64,000 nucleotides of DNA from Vulcanimicrobiota bacterium (GCA_963812135.1 CAWETU010000001.1:2112001-2176000), one strand, 5' to 3'. Positions 10,223 to 20,112 are shown, counted from the stretch's first letter. The notes: generated by a model not told the origin, from the letters alone. Numbers and translations are program-made.

Positions 10223-10286
10223 CGGTCGAATAAATTCGACCGCTACATTCTTAAGTGCATTCGACCGCTACATTTCGTTCGCTACA
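10223..10286 (-). repeat. REP copy followed by two truncated half-copies
   Basis: Full copy 10223-10247, ATTCGACCGCTACA 10259-10272, TTCGCTACA 10278-10286. Confidence 0.88.
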
Positions 10287-10289
10287 CTC

Positions 10290-11384
10290 TTAGGGTTTGT
10301 AGGTTACGCGGTAGATCGTGCCGTTCGTGTCGCTGCTGATGTAGAGCGAACCGTCGTTGCCGACCACAACACCTACTGGACGGCCGCTCACGCTTTGGTC
10401 GTCGTGCAGCCAGCCGGTGACGAAATCTTCCGCGCGCTGCGGGCGGCCATTTTCGAAGAACACGACGACGACTTTGTAACCGACCTTCGATGAGCGGTTC
10501 CATGAGCCGTGATCGGCGACGAAGAGCGCGCCGCGATAGCGCGCTGGGAATTGCGTGCCATGGTAGAACGCGATCTGCAACGGCGCGTCGTGCGCTTGAA
10601 GGTTCAGCTCCGACGGATGCGTGCCCGCGCACTTCGCCGGGTCCTTGTACTCTGGGTTCGGTACACGATTGCCGTTGCCGGCGTAACAATACGGCCAACC
10701 ATAGTTCGCGCCGGCGACGATCCGATCAACTTCGTCCGGCGGCACATCGTCGCCGATACCGTCGCGGCCATTGATGACCGCCCATAAGCGGCCGGTGTCA
10801 TCGAAGGCGAGACCAGATGCATTGCGCACGCCAGACGCGTAGATGGCGCCTTTGCCGCCGTTCGCATCGTAACGCAGCACAGTCGCGAAGCGTGGATCCG
10901 TTTCGATGCAGACATTGCAATCCGAACCGCTCGAGACGAAAATCGAGCCGTCCGCTGCCAGCGCGATCGCGCGATTGTGGTGGTCGCCGCCTTGGGGCAT
11001 ATCGGTGAACAGCGTCTGGTGCGGGGTGCCGTCCGCGGGGGGATAGTGCAGCTTGGTGACGCCCGACCATGCTGCGACGTAGAGATCGTCGCCACGGAAT
11101 GCGAGGCCGTGCGCGATCGGCAAGCCGGTGATGACGACTTTGGGGTCCGCATCGGGCGGTGCGCCTGGCGTCAGCGCGACAACGCGATCCCTCGATATCT
11201 GCGAGACGAGCACGTCGCCGTTCGGGGCGACGGCCAAGAAGCGCGCACCCGGCACTCGAGTTGAAACGACGGAAATGGCAAAGCCTTGAGGCACGTGGAG
11301 TTGCGTCGTGTCGGCGGCGCGCGCCGAGCAGCCGGTCAGCGCGAGCATCGCAAGGAGGGCTACGAGGCGGTGGTCATGGGCCAT
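10290..11384 (-). CDS. PQQ-dependent sugar/sorbosone dehydrogenase family lipoprotein
   Basis: LTGC lipobox; SGSDCNVC, SGVRNASGL, NYGWPYC, HGSWNRS, GRPVGV..DGSLYISSD. Confidence 0.88.
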   Translation of the reverse strand: MAHDHRLVALLAMLALTGCSARAADTTQLHVPQGFAISVVSTRVPGARFLAVAPNGDVLVSQISRDRVVALTPGAPPDADPKVVITGLPIAHGLAFRGDDLYVAAWSGVTKLHYPPADGTPHQTLFTDMPQGGDHHNRAIALAADGSIFVSSGSDCNVCIETDPRFATVLRYDANGGKGAIYASGVRNASGLAFDDTGRLWAVINGRDGIGDDVPPDEVDRIVAGANYGWPYCYAGNGNRVPNPEYKDPAKCAGTHPSELNLQAHDAPLQIAFYHGTQFPARYRGALFVADHGSWNRSSKVGYKVVVVFFENGRPQRAEDFVTGWLHDDQSVSGRPVGVVVGNDGSLYISSDTNGTIYRVTYKP

Positions 11385-12570
11385 AGCTGACGCGATAGAT
11401 ATACCCGTTCGAATCATCGCTTATGTAGAGCGATCCGTCCGGAGCGACGGCGAGCCCGACCGGCCTGCCCGTCACGCTGTTGCTCGGCGTCAGCCAACCG
11501 GCGACGAAATCAGTGGGCGCGCTCGGCATGCCGGCGGAAAAAGGCACGAACACGACCTTGTAGCCGGTCGGCGGATTGCGATCCCACGAACCATGAAACG
11601 CGACGAATGCGCCGCCTCTATACTGCGCCGGGAACATTGAACCGTTGTAGAACACGATGCCGAGCGGCGCTGAGTGCGCCTGCAGTGGCTGTGTGTTTCG
11701 TATCTGGCCTGCGCAGCTCGGACTAGCCACCGGCGAGTCCGGGTTCGGCTGGCGATTCCCGACCAGATCGGGGTAGCACGTCGGCCACCCGTAGTTCCCG
11801 TTGGCAATGACTTTGTCGAATTCGTCCGTCGGCAGATTGGTGTGGTCGGGGGTCAGATCGTCGCGCTGGTTGACGACCATCCACAGCTGCCCTGACTGAT
11901 CGAACGCGAGCCCGCTGCCGTTGCGCACGCCGGTCGCGTAGATCTGCGCGTTTTGGCCGTTGAGGTCCATCGACATGATCGTCGCGTACTTTGGATCGCT
12001 TTCGCTGCAGATGTTGCAGTCGCTGCCGGACGACAGGTAGACCGTGCCGTTCGACGCGACCGCGAGCGAGCGGTTGTTGTGATCGTTGTTCGGTTGCGGG
12101 AGCCCGCTGTACAGCGTTTGCACCGTTGTATTGGTCGGATAATTGCGGATGACGCTCAGGCCGGTTTGCGTGCCGATGTAGAGGTCGCTGCCGTTGAAGG
12201 CCAGCCCGTGCGGTCGTGTGAGGCCGCTCGCAATGACGTTAGGAGCGGCGTTCACCGCCGAGCCGAGCGGGATCGCGACGATTGCGCCGTTGTTGGGCTC
12301 GGACACGATGAGGTCGCCGTTTGGCGCAAAGGCCATGAATCGCGCATTCGAGACATTGTTCGAAACGAGGGCGATCTTAAAACCGGTCACCAAGCACAGG
12401 TTCATCGAGGGCGTTGGCGTGGCGCTTTGCGAGCAGTTCTGCGGCCGGCTCGTCGGGCCTGGCATCGGATTGGCGCCGGGGTTAGTCGGACCAGGCATCC
12501 CAGATGAGGTGCACGCCGCGATAGATGAAGCGCAGATGAGCGCGACAGCGGATGAGAACCGTTTCATCAT
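11374..12570 (-). CDS. PQQ-dependent sugar/sorbosone dehydrogenase family lipoprotein, paralog
   Basis: IAAC lipobox; SGSDCNIC, GVRNGSGL, NYGWPTC, AHSAPLG, HGSWDR. Confidence 0.88.
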   Translation of the reverse strand: MMKRFSSAVALICASSIAACTSSGMPGPTNPGANPMPGPTSRPQNCSQSATPTPSMNLCLVTGFKIALVSNNVSNARFMAFAPNGDLIVSEPNNGAIVAIPLGSAVNAAPNVIASGLTRPHGLAFNGSDLYIGTQTGLSVIRNYPTNTTVQTLYSGLPQPNNDHNNRSLAVASNGTVYLSSGSDCNICSESDPKYATIMSMDLNGQNAQIYATGVRNGSGLAFDQSGQLWMVVNQRDDLTPDHTNLPTDEFDKVIANGNYGWPTCYPDLVGNRQPNPDSPVASPSCAGQIRNTQPLQAHSAPLGIVFYNGSMFPAQYRGGAFVAFHGSWDRNPPTGYKVVFVPFSAGMPSAPTDFVAGWLTPSNSVTGRPVGLAVAPDGSLYISDDSNGYIYRVSYGP

Positions 12571-12706
12571 CGTCTTACAGCCGTTTCATAGGGGTCTTAG
12601 GCGCGCCTCATGTGCGTGGGAACTCTCGCGGTTATGCTTGCTTGTAGTCGGGGATCGCTCCGACAGCTTCGATCCCGGCATTTCGCCAAGAAAGGGTTTC
12701 TCAACC

Positions 12707-13795
12707 ATGCGAACGCGTATCATTTTCGCAATAGTGGCGGCCATCACCCTTGCCGGTTGCGCCGGCGGCGGTTCGGGCAGCCCGTTCCCCAACCAGCCCG
12801 GCGGCGGCAGCTCCTCTTCGATGACTCCGCAAGAAGCCGCGCAGACGGGCGCCGACACGGCAATGGCCGAGGTCGAGCGCGGCAGTCTCGATAGCACGCT
12901 CTTCTCAGGTTCATCGGGCGTGCTGTTGTCGACAGCCAGAGCTCCGATGCCGCAGACCAGCGGCACGTGCGTCAACGGCGTGATCAAGACCGTGACGATC
13001 ATCAGCCCGACCGAGACGCAATACGACGTGCAGGCCTTCTTCGATCTGGCTTGCACGCAACTGCGTCGCGATTCGTTCGCCGATGTCCAGATCCCGAACC
13101 CCTCGACGGAGAACATCGCGCGCACGATCAAGAACTACAACAACTCCGGCTTGCTGCTCTCGACGCGCAGCGCGAACTACTCGGTCACCGGCAGCCCCGG
13201 CAACTTCTCGGCGGTCGTGACCAGCGCGCTGACGGTCGGCACAGAGACCTCGCCGCAGGAGCAGTCCGGCCATCAGCTGACGGTCGCGCCGCAGAACGCC
13301 AACACGTGGACGATCGCCGGCAACGGCGCACGCATCGAAAACGTCGGCGTGCCGAGCGTCAACGAGTCGTTCGGCGAAGCGGCGTTGCTGTCGAACGTCA
13401 CTGCGACGGTCGACGCGTCGAGCAACGTCACGTTCGCGGGCACGCGCAACAAGACGTTCTACAAAGGCGCGCTCGGCAGCCTGAGCATTCCGTCGAGTCC
13501 GCCGTTCGGCGTCTCGGGGGGCACGCAGACCGGCACGGGTTCGCTCACCGGTTCCGTCGTGTTCGACTCGAACGACCAGCTCGTGAGCGTCGCGCTCAAC
13601 GGCACGCTCGCCAATGGCGACAGCATCGTGGTGACGAGCTCAGGCTCGGGCGCGACGATCTCGATCAACGGCACGATCACCGCTCCGGGCGGCGCGCAGC
13701 TGGCCACCTTCTCGGTCGACCGGTTCGGCGACGGCCTCATCACCTACGCAAACGGCTCGCAAGCCATCATCATGGACTGGCACGTGGTCAAGTAG
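12707..13795 (+). CDS. hypothetical lipoprotein, Ser/Thr/Gly-rich
   Basis: MRTRIIFAIVAAITLAGC lipoprotein signal; start trimmed from a longer ORF. Confidence 0.75.
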   Translation: MRTRIIFAIVAAITLAGCAGGGSGSPFPNQPGGGSSSSMTPQEAAQTGADTAMAEVERGSLDSTLFSGSSGVLLSTARAPMPQTSGTCVNGVIKTVTIISPTETQYDVQAFFDLACTQLRRDSFADVQIPNPSTENIARTIKNYNNSGLLLSTRSANYSVTGSPGNFSAVVTSALTVGTETSPQEQSGHQLTVAPQNANTWTIAGNGARIENVGVPSVNESFGEAALLSNVTATVDASSNVTFAGTRNKTFYKGALGSLSIPSSPPFGVSGGTQTGTGSLTGSVVFDSNDQLVSVALNGTLANGDSIVVTSSGSGATISINGTITAPGGAQLATFSVDRFGDGLITYANGSQAIIMDWHVVK

Positions 13796-13797
13796 AT

Positions 13798-13822
13798 CGG
13801 TCGAATAAATTCGACCGCTACA
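13798..13822 (-). repeat. REP copy
   Basis: Exact consensus, 2 nt after the stop of the upstream gene. Confidence 0.9.
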
Positions 13823-13840
13823 ACACCGAGTACAAAGGAA

Positions 13841-13868
13841 AAGGGACGGGGCCATGTACCCGTCCCTT
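13841..13868. terminator. stem-loop, probable terminator between convergent genes
   Basis: AAGGGACGGG / CCCGTCCCTT 10-bp stem with A-rich 5' flank. Confidence 0.55.
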
Positions 13869-13897
13869 CGCCTTTCCCGGAGGAGGGGGTTGGACGT

Positions 13898-14245
13898 CTA
13901 GTCGATGTTCGAACGGCGCTCGGCCTCGGCCGCGCCGCGCATCGGATTGTTGGGGCAACGCCGGCACGCGTACGTCGCGATCGTGCGGAATGCCGACTTG
14001 GTGATTTCACGGCGCGCCGTCAGACGGAAGCGCGTGTAGGCGTCGTCGAACGCGCTCTCGACGCCGTTGCCGGTGAACAGATCCATCGTGAAATGTTCAC
14101 AGCATGCCGCGCACATCGTATCCGTCTTGAACAGCGGGCAGCGCATGCAGCCATCGCCGTGATCGCCGAATTCGTTCCAGGAAGTGGACTGTGGGCTCAA
14201 CGGCCCTTCGAGCAAGCTATGAAGCAGCTCGTCGACGTTGGTCAT
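13898..14245 (-). CDS. small Cys-rich hypothetical protein
   Basis: CMRC, CAACC and CRRC in 115 aa. Confidence 0.6.
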   Translation of the reverse strand: MTNVDELLHSLLEGPLSPQSTSWNEFGDHGDGCMRCPLFKTDTMCAACCEHFTMDLFTGNGVESAFDDAYTRFRLTARREITKSAFRTIATYACRRCPNNPMRGAAEAERRSNID

Positions 14246-14299
14246 GCCCGTATGACTAGGCCAGCAGTAGATTTGTTTCGCTCCCGGAAGCCCCTAAAT

Positions 14300-14449
14300 A
14301 TGGACGAACACACGTTCACGGTGGGGCAGCTCGCCGGCCCCGGGACCTACCGCTGCTTGGCCTGCGAAGCGGAGTTCACTGAGTACGCCCTCTCCTTTGA
14401 GATCGAGCCCTGCCAGTGCGGCGGGACCACGTTTGCGCGGGTGGACTGA
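14300..14449 (+). CDS. 49-aa zinc-ribbon microprotein
   Basis: GPGTYRCLAC...PCQCGGTTF. The TGA overlaps the next ATG. Confidence 0.7.
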   Translation: MDEHTFTVGQLAGPGTYRCLACEAEFTEYALSFEIEPCQCGGTTFARVD

Positions 14450-15195
14450 TGCCGTTTGCGCTGCCGCTGATCTTGCTCCACGCCTGGCCGCTCGATGCCA
14501 GGATGTGGCGCTCCCAGGTCGCCGCATTGCGGCCCGAAGGTGTGATCCATGCGCTCGATCTTCCAGGATTTGGAAATGAGCTCGATCTCGATGGCCCGGC
14601 TTCGCTCGACTTTTGGGCCGAGCACTTGTCGGAAGAGCTGCGGGGCATGGGCGTGTCGCGCGCCGTATTCGCGGGCTGCTCGATGGGCGGCTACACCGCG
14701 CTCGCGCTTTTGCGCGTCGACCCTTCTTTAGTGGCGGGCCTTGCGCTCGTCAACAGCCGCGCGGCGGCCGACACGCCGGAACAGGCGGCCAATCGCGCGG
14801 CGACGATCGAGCGGATCGGGCGCGAGGGGACGGATTTCGTGGTCGAGAGCAGCGCGCTTGCGTTGAGCCCGCACACGCGCGAGACCAAACCCGATGTGGT
14901 CGCGGCGCTGCGGGTCATGGCGAGCGATGCCTCGCCCGAAGCGCTGATCAATGGATATCGCGCGATCGGCGCGCGGCCGGACATGCGCGACGCATTGGTC
15001 AGCCTTGAGCTGCCGATGGCGGTCATCGCCGGCGAGGACGATCCAGTGATTCCGTTGACAGAGGCGCGCGGACTTGCGGCTTCAATACCGCACGCGACTT
15101 TCACGCAGGTCGCGCAGGCCGGGCACATCGCGGCGATGGAAAACCCCGATGTCGTGACGGCTGCGTTGCGCGAGTTTTGGAAATCGGTCGAATAA
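14449..15195 (+). CDS. alpha/beta fold hydrolase
   Basis: LLHAWP, DLPGFG, GCSMGG nucleophile elbow, GEDD, AGH. Confidence 0.9.
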   Translation: MPFALPLILLHAWPLDARMWRSQVAALRPEGVIHALDLPGFGNELDLDGPASLDFWAEHLSEELRGMGVSRAVFAGCSMGGYTALALLRVDPSLVAGLALVNSRAAADTPEQAANRAATIERIGREGTDFVVESSALALSPHTRETKPDVVAALRVMASDASPEALINGYRAIGARPDMRDALVSLELPMAVIAGEDDPVIPLTEARGLAASIPHATFTQVAQAGHIAAMENPDVVTAALREFWKSVE

Positions 15196-15209
15196 ATTCA
15201 ACCGCTACA
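15185..15209 (-). repeat. REP copy (1 mismatch) supplying the hydrolase stop codon
   Basis: CGGTCGAATAAATTCAACCGCTACA; TAA at 15193-15195. Confidence 0.88.
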
Positions 15210-15219
15210 CACAAACGTT

Positions 15220-15726
15220 TTAGCGGCGTTTGCCGTCTTTGATCACCCAGGGCATGTCGGCCTCGCACGAGTACTTGCGCCAGCCTGGAAGGTCCTTGCC
15301 GCCGAACTTGCCGAGCATCCTGACCGCGCTTGAAGCCTTGTCCTTGCCGAAGCCAGGAAGTGCGAGCAGGCGCTCGTAGACCTCGTCCGCGCTCTTCGCC
15401 TTCTCCCACACCCGGGCGCCTTTGCCGCCATAGTCTGTCGCGATCGTGGCGCACAGCGCTCGTACGCGCTTGGCCATCATGCCGGGGAAGCGATGGAGCG
15501 CCGGGGTCTCGCGGAACACACGATCGAGGCGTGCCGGCGGCGTCGCTGCGATTTTCTTCGCATCCAGTGTGCCCAGCCGGCGGCGCAAATCATACGGACC
15601 CATCATCGCCTTTTCGGTCCTGACCTGTTGCTCAAGGCACAGACCGATGAGCAGCGCGGTGCCGTCCTTGGCGAGCAGCGCATTGGCGGCTTCGTTGAGC
15701 GTAAACGGGTACGAGGATTTTGCCAT
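15220..15726 (-). CDS. HhH-GPD-type base excision repair family protein
   Basis: ANALL.D.ALLIG..LEQQV..EKA..GP, PALHRFPG.MA.RV, HhH motif LLALPGFGKDKA. Confidence 0.8.
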   Translation of the reverse strand: MAKSSYPFTLNEAANALLAKDGTALLIGLCLEQQVRTEKAMMGPYDLRRRLGTLDAKKIAATPPARLDRVFRETPALHRFPGMMAKRVRALCATIATDYGGKGARVWEKAKSADEVYERLLALPGFGKDKASSAVRMLGKFGGKDLPGWRKYSCEADMPWVIKDGKRR

Positions 15727-15748
15727 GGCGCGGCGCACTTTGTCCGCG

Positions 15749-17488
15749 ATGATGCGATTTCCCGTCATGACAATCGTGTTTGTGGCTTGCGCGCTACTCT
15801 TGACTTCTGCAGGGCGGGCGGCGCAAACGGATGAGTTCACCCAGCTCGTCAACCGTTACCTCGCCGAATCGGAAGCGCGCGACCCGCTCTTCTCGGACAG
15901 CATCGGCATCCACACGTACGACGACCAACTACCGGACCTATCGCCCACCGCCCAACAGGCGACGTATCAGTGGGAGACGCAGTGGCGCGTCCGCTTTGCT
16001 GCGCTCTCCGCGCAAAGTCTTTCGCTCGGCGAGCAGGCGGACCAGCGCGCGGTCCTGGACGGCATCGATGCGGATCTGCTCGAGTCTACGACGATCCGCC
16101 CGTATGCCACCGATCCTTCAATATATACAGGGGCGATCGGCGACGCGGTCTACCAGCTGACGAGCCGCAGCTACGCGCCTTTGGACGCGCGGGTCCGCGC
16201 CGTCGCGACGCGCATCAAGTACATCCCCGACATCGTGCGCGCTGCAGAGGCCTCGCTCACCCACCCGCCGCGGGTCGCCGCGGAATTGGCGGTCCAGCAG
16301 AACCAAGGCAACATCGATCTGTACGAGCACGATCTGCCCGCGCTTGCGAAAACGACGTCGAAGGAAACGCAAGCGATCTTAGCGCGCACGCTGCCTGCTG
16401 CGCTTGCGAGCCTCAAAGATCTTCAAGCATTCCTCGCGGGACCGCTGCTCGCGCAGGCAAACGGCAACGCGCGTGTTGGCGCCGCGGTGTTCGACGCAGA
16501 GCTGCGCTTGGTGGACGGAACGGATACGCCGCGAGAAGTGCTCGTTGCACGAGCGCGCGCGAACTTCGAGCGCACGCGCGAAGAGATGCTGCGGCTTGCG
16601 CGCCAGCTGTATCGTCCGCTATTGCACGCGGACGCGCCGGTCGAAGCGCGGACGCAAGACATGCTCATCGACTCCGTCGTCGGCCCAGTCTTGAACGAGC
16701 TGGCGAAGCGCCATCCGGAGCGTGACAAGGTGTTCGTCACAGCGAAGGCCGATGTCGCCGGCCTCGAAGCGTTCCTCACCCGCGATCCTGTCGTGCCGTT
16801 GCCCGTCCCCAGCACGTTGACCGTCGCGCCGACGCCGCAGTTCCTGGCCGGCATCGCCGGCGCTGGCCTGGACTCCCCGGGCCCCTTCACGCCGCTGGCG
16901 GGTTCCTACTATTATATCGATGAGATCCCAGCGTCGTGGAGCGCTGCGCGCGTCGCCTCGTACTTGCGCGAGAACAACAACTATGAGATGCAGATCCTCT
17001 CGCTCCATGAGGCCGTACCTGGGCACTACGTGCAGTACCGATACAACGCGCTCACGCCGTCGCTGGTGCGCCGCGTGTGGCCCAACGGATCGTTCGTCGA
17101 AGGCTGGGCCGTCTACACCGAAGGCATGATGCTCGACGCAGGCTACGGCGGCGGCGACCCGGCACTACGCCTGTTCCAATTGAAGTGGCGCTTGCGCGAA
17201 TACGCCAACGCGATCATCGATGCAGAGTATCACGCCGGCTCGATGACGCAGGCGCAGTGCATGAGCTTGCTTGCCGAGGCTTTTCAGGAACCAAGCGAAG
17301 CGCAGACCAAGTGGCACCGCTTGGAGCTGTCGCACGATCAGCTCTCGAGTTATTTCGTGGGGCTTGACGCGATCGAACAAGCTCGCAACTCCCATCCTGT
17401 GAGCGCAGCCGCCTTCAATAAGAAGCTGCTCGACATGGGGTCTGTCGAACCGCGTTTTATTGGAACCCTAATCGATTCGACGCAATAG
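15749..17488 (+). CDS. DUF885 family exported protein
   Basis: Signal peptide; HEAVPGHYVQ, FVEGWAVYTE, QLSSYFVG. Start uncertain (15749, 15752 or 15767). Confidence 0.88.
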   Translation: MMRFPVMTIVFVACALLLTSAGRAAQTDEFTQLVNRYLAESEARDPLFSDSIGIHTYDDQLPDLSPTAQQATYQWETQWRVRFAALSAQSLSLGEQADQRAVLDGIDADLLESTTIRPYATDPSIYTGAIGDAVYQLTSRSYAPLDARVRAVATRIKYIPDIVRAAEASLTHPPRVAAELAVQQNQGNIDLYEHDLPALAKTTSKETQAILARTLPAALASLKDLQAFLAGPLLAQANGNARVGAAVFDAELRLVDGTDTPREVLVARARANFERTREEMLRLARQLYRPLLHADAPVEARTQDMLIDSVVGPVLNELAKRHPERDKVFVTAKADVAGLEAFLTRDPVVPLPVPSTLTVAPTPQFLAGIAGAGLDSPGPFTPLAGSYYYIDEIPASWSAARVASYLRENNNYEMQILSLHEAVPGHYVQYRYNALTPSLVRRVWPNGSFVEGWAVYTEGMMLDAGYGGGDPALRLFQLKWRLREYANAIIDAEYHAGSMTQAQCMSLLAEAFQEPSEAQTKWHRLELSHDQLSSYFVGLDAIEQARNSHPVSAAAFNKKLLDMGSVEPRFIGTLIDSTQ

Positions 17489-17579
17489 CACTGACCGAGG
17501 GAACAGGTGCGAGCGGACCTAAGTACGTGCCACCGCTTAGGGTGCTTTTGTCGAAGCGGCTACGGAGGCTCTTGGCATC

Positions 17580-18269
17580 ATGCTCTTCCCTTTGCTCATC
17601 AGCGCGCTCTCGTTGACGTCGCTGGACGTCGCGGCGGCACCCAATCCTGGGCCGCTGCGCCAAGTCACGTATAAAGTCTCCGTCGCGAACAAGACGTATA
17701 GCGGCGGCGAACACTACAATGGCTTTAGCTCGGCATCGACCGTGACGAGCGACAACGGCACGGTGACCGTGGCGATCATGGCCGTGCAAGGAGATGCGCT
17801 CGGCATCGACGTGACCGAGCTGATGAACAAGACGGGCCGGCCCGCCACCTACACGGGCTCAGTGTCTCCCAACGGGGTGATCTTTCCGCCTGAGACGATC
17901 CAAGACGTGACACGCGAATTGCTGCAATACTTCGCGCCGGTGATCCCGGCCGACAAGCTCGACGTCGGATCGACCTGGGACGTGAATGAGAATCAGGGCG
18001 GCGTCGATATCCGTACGAACTACAAGGTGACCAAGATCGATGGCGCGCTGCTCACGGTCGCCGAGCATCAAACGGTGAAGATCGCGGCGCAGAACGCGAC
18101 GTTCGTGACGGATGGGACAATCGTGCTCAAGCCTTCGCTGCTCGTGCCAGTCAGCGGCGACATCCACCGAACGATCTCGCGCATGACCGTCTCGGGCGAC
18201 ACGAAAACCGAGGCCTCGCTTCATTTCGAGCGGGTGTCGGACTCGAAGGACGTGCCTACGCCGAACTAG
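17580..18269 (+). CDS. secreted hypothetical protein, paralog 1 of 3
   Basis: Signal peptide; colinear similarity to the next two ORFs. Confidence 0.8.
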   Translation: MLFPLLISALSLTSLDVAAAPNPGPLRQVTYKVSVANKTYSGGEHYNGFSSASTVTSDNGTVTVAIMAVQGDALGIDVTELMNKTGRPATYTGSVSPNGVIFPPETIQDVTRELLQYFAPVIPADKLDVGSTWDVNENQGGVDIRTNYKVTKIDGALLTVAEHQTVKIAAQNATFVTDGTIVLKPSLLVPVSGDIHRTISRMTVSGDTKTEASLHFERVSDSKDVPTPN

Positions 18270-18288
18270 TCAGCCAAAGGAGGTAGTG

Positions 18289-19017
18289 ATGTTCGCGACC
18301 CTCCTGATCGCAGCGACGCTGCTCGCTTCGAGCACGCCGACACCCGCGGCGCCTGCCCCCAGCCCTAGCGCGGTCCAGACGGTTCCCCAAGCCGGGCCTA
18401 TGCGCGTAGTGACCTACAACGTCACGTGGTCCACGAACATCGTGCACGGCGAGATGGGGTACGGCGGGCTCAACCAAGTGCAATCCAACCACGCGGATCG
18501 CGGCACCGTCAGCGTCGCCGTCATGGCGATCCAGGATGAAAACCTCGGCGTTGAGGTGACTGAAACGATGCAACGCGGCGGTGGACCCTTCAAGTTCAAG
18601 GGCGTCATCAGCCCCACCGGCATCGTCACGTTTCCCGCGGAATCGATCTCGGAGGTCTCGCGCGAGCTGTTGCGCTACTTCGCAACCGAGCTCATCCCGC
18701 CCAACGACACCGAAATCGGGTCAACGTGGCAGACCGTATACGACCTCCACGTCGTAAAGGTTCAAAACCAATATAAAGTGATCAAGATCGATGGGGACCT
18801 GCTCACACTTCAGTCGACGCAACAGGCGAAGTTCAACACGTTCAGCGGCACGACGACCAGCGAAGGGACGATCGTGCTCAAACCGTCGATCCTCGCACCG
18901 GTCAGCGGCACGGTCCGCAAGATCATCGATGAGTTCATCTCGGGCGACCAGCAGCGCGAGGAGTACAACCTGCAGTTCGACCGCGTCAGCGATAGCCTTG
19001 ACTCCAAACCGAAGTGA
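18289..19017 (+). CDS. secreted hypothetical protein, paralog 2 of 3
   Basis: AAGGAGG RBS, signal peptide, shared motifs. Confidence 0.8.
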   Translation: MFATLLIAATLLASSTPTPAAPAPSPSAVQTVPQAGPMRVVTYNVTWSTNIVHGEMGYGGLNQVQSNHADRGTVSVAVMAIQDENLGVEVTETMQRGGGPFKFKGVISPTGIVTFPAESISEVSRELLRYFATELIPPNDTEIGSTWQTVYDLHVVKVQNQYKVIKIDGDLLTLQSTQQAKFNTFSGTTTSEGTIVLKPSILAPVSGTVRKIIDEFISGDQQREEYNLQFDRVSDSLDSKPK

Positions 19018-19020
19018 CGC

Positions 19021-19695
19021 GTGATCGCGCTGTTCGTGTCCGCGCTCGCGTGGATCTTCGTCGCTGCATCCCCCGCCGGGGCGCAGAGCGACGCGCCGAT
19101 CCGTTCGGTCGTCTATAAAGTCTCGATCCAGCAGCGCAACGAGGCGCACATCGAGCGCTACAATTCGATCGACCGAGGCATCGCGACGTTCACCGACGAC
19201 GGCACGGTGGACGTCGACATCATGGTCAAGACCGAGACCGTGCTCGGCGTGCGGGTGACCGAAGCGATGCGTTCGCGCGGCTATCCGGCAAGTTTCACCG
19301 GCAACGTCGGACCGGATGACGGCGTGCATTTCCCGGACGGCTCGATCAACGAAGTCTCATACAATCTCTTGCGCTTTTTCGGCGTGCGCTTTGCCGCCGA
19401 TCAGAGCCTCGCCGTCGGGTCGGTGTGGACGACGCCGACCGGCATCCAGTACACGGTGAAATCGTCGGACGGGCGGCGCGTCACGCTGGATGTCGTGCAA
19501 CACGTCAAGGTCGCCAACACGGTTTCGAGCGTCGTCGTCTACGGCATGGTGGTGTACGATCCTGGGCTGCTCGTGCCGATCAGCGGCGACCTGACGCAGC
19601 ACCGCATCGAGCTGCACCCCGAAGGTGCGCTCGAGACGTACCAAGAGATGCAGTTCGTCCTTCAGTCGGACAGCTTCGATGCGCCGAAGCAATAA
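19021..19695 (+). CDS. secreted hypothetical protein, paralog 3 of 3
   Basis: GTG start 3 nt after the previous stop; shared motifs. Confidence 0.78.
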   Translation: MIALFVSALAWIFVAASPAGAQSDAPIRSVVYKVSIQQRNEAHIERYNSIDRGIATFTDDGTVDVDIMVKTETVLGVRVTEAMRSRGYPASFTGNVGPDDGVHFPDGSINEVSYNLLRFFGVRFAADQSLAVGSVWTTPTGIQYTVKSSDGRRVTLDVVQHVKVANTVSSVVVYGMVVYDPGLLVPISGDLTQHRIELHPEGALETYQEMQFVLQSDSFDAPKQ

Positions 19696-19703
19696 GAAAA
19701 AAG

Positions 19704-19728
19704 CGGTCGAATAAATCCGACCGCTACA
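19704..19728 (-). repeat. REP copy (1 mismatch)
   Basis: CGGTCGAATAAATCCGACCGCTACA between convergent genes. Confidence 0.88.
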
Positions 19729-19742
19729 AGCTTCGGTTCGGG

Positions 19743-20057
19743 TTAGACCTTTTGGCGGCGGCCGAAGTGGCGCAGTTGCGGTCTGGGGATCGGCTCTTGG
19801 CCGGTGATCCGGCGCAGCTCGTCCACGAAGTAGTTCGCCGCGCCCTCTGACGAGCGGGCCTTGGTGGGATCGTACTGGCGGCGGATCGGTTCACCCGAGC
19901 CGTTCTTGAGCTGGACTTCCCACAGGTCGTCGGTCCAGGCGGTCGAGATGACCAGGTTCTTATAGGTCGCGCCCTTGCCGTCCGGGCGGACTTTCGTCTG
20001 CGGCAGCTGCTCGTTCACACAGGTAAAAAAGCTCTTGATATACTCGTCGGGTTCCAC
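19743..20057 (-). CDS. hypothetical protein, 104 aa
   Basis: AAAGGA RBS, GTG start, GC3-biased codons. Confidence 0.65.
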   Translation of the reverse strand: MEPDEYIKSFFTCVNEQLPQTKVRPDGKGATYKNLVISTAWTDDLWEVQLKNGSGEPIRRQYDPTKARSSEGAANYFVDELRRITGQEPIPRPQLRHFGRRQKV

Positions 20058-20112
20058 ACATCACGTCCTTTTCGATGGACGGATAGTATTCGACGAGGCC
20101 TCGTCCGACTCC

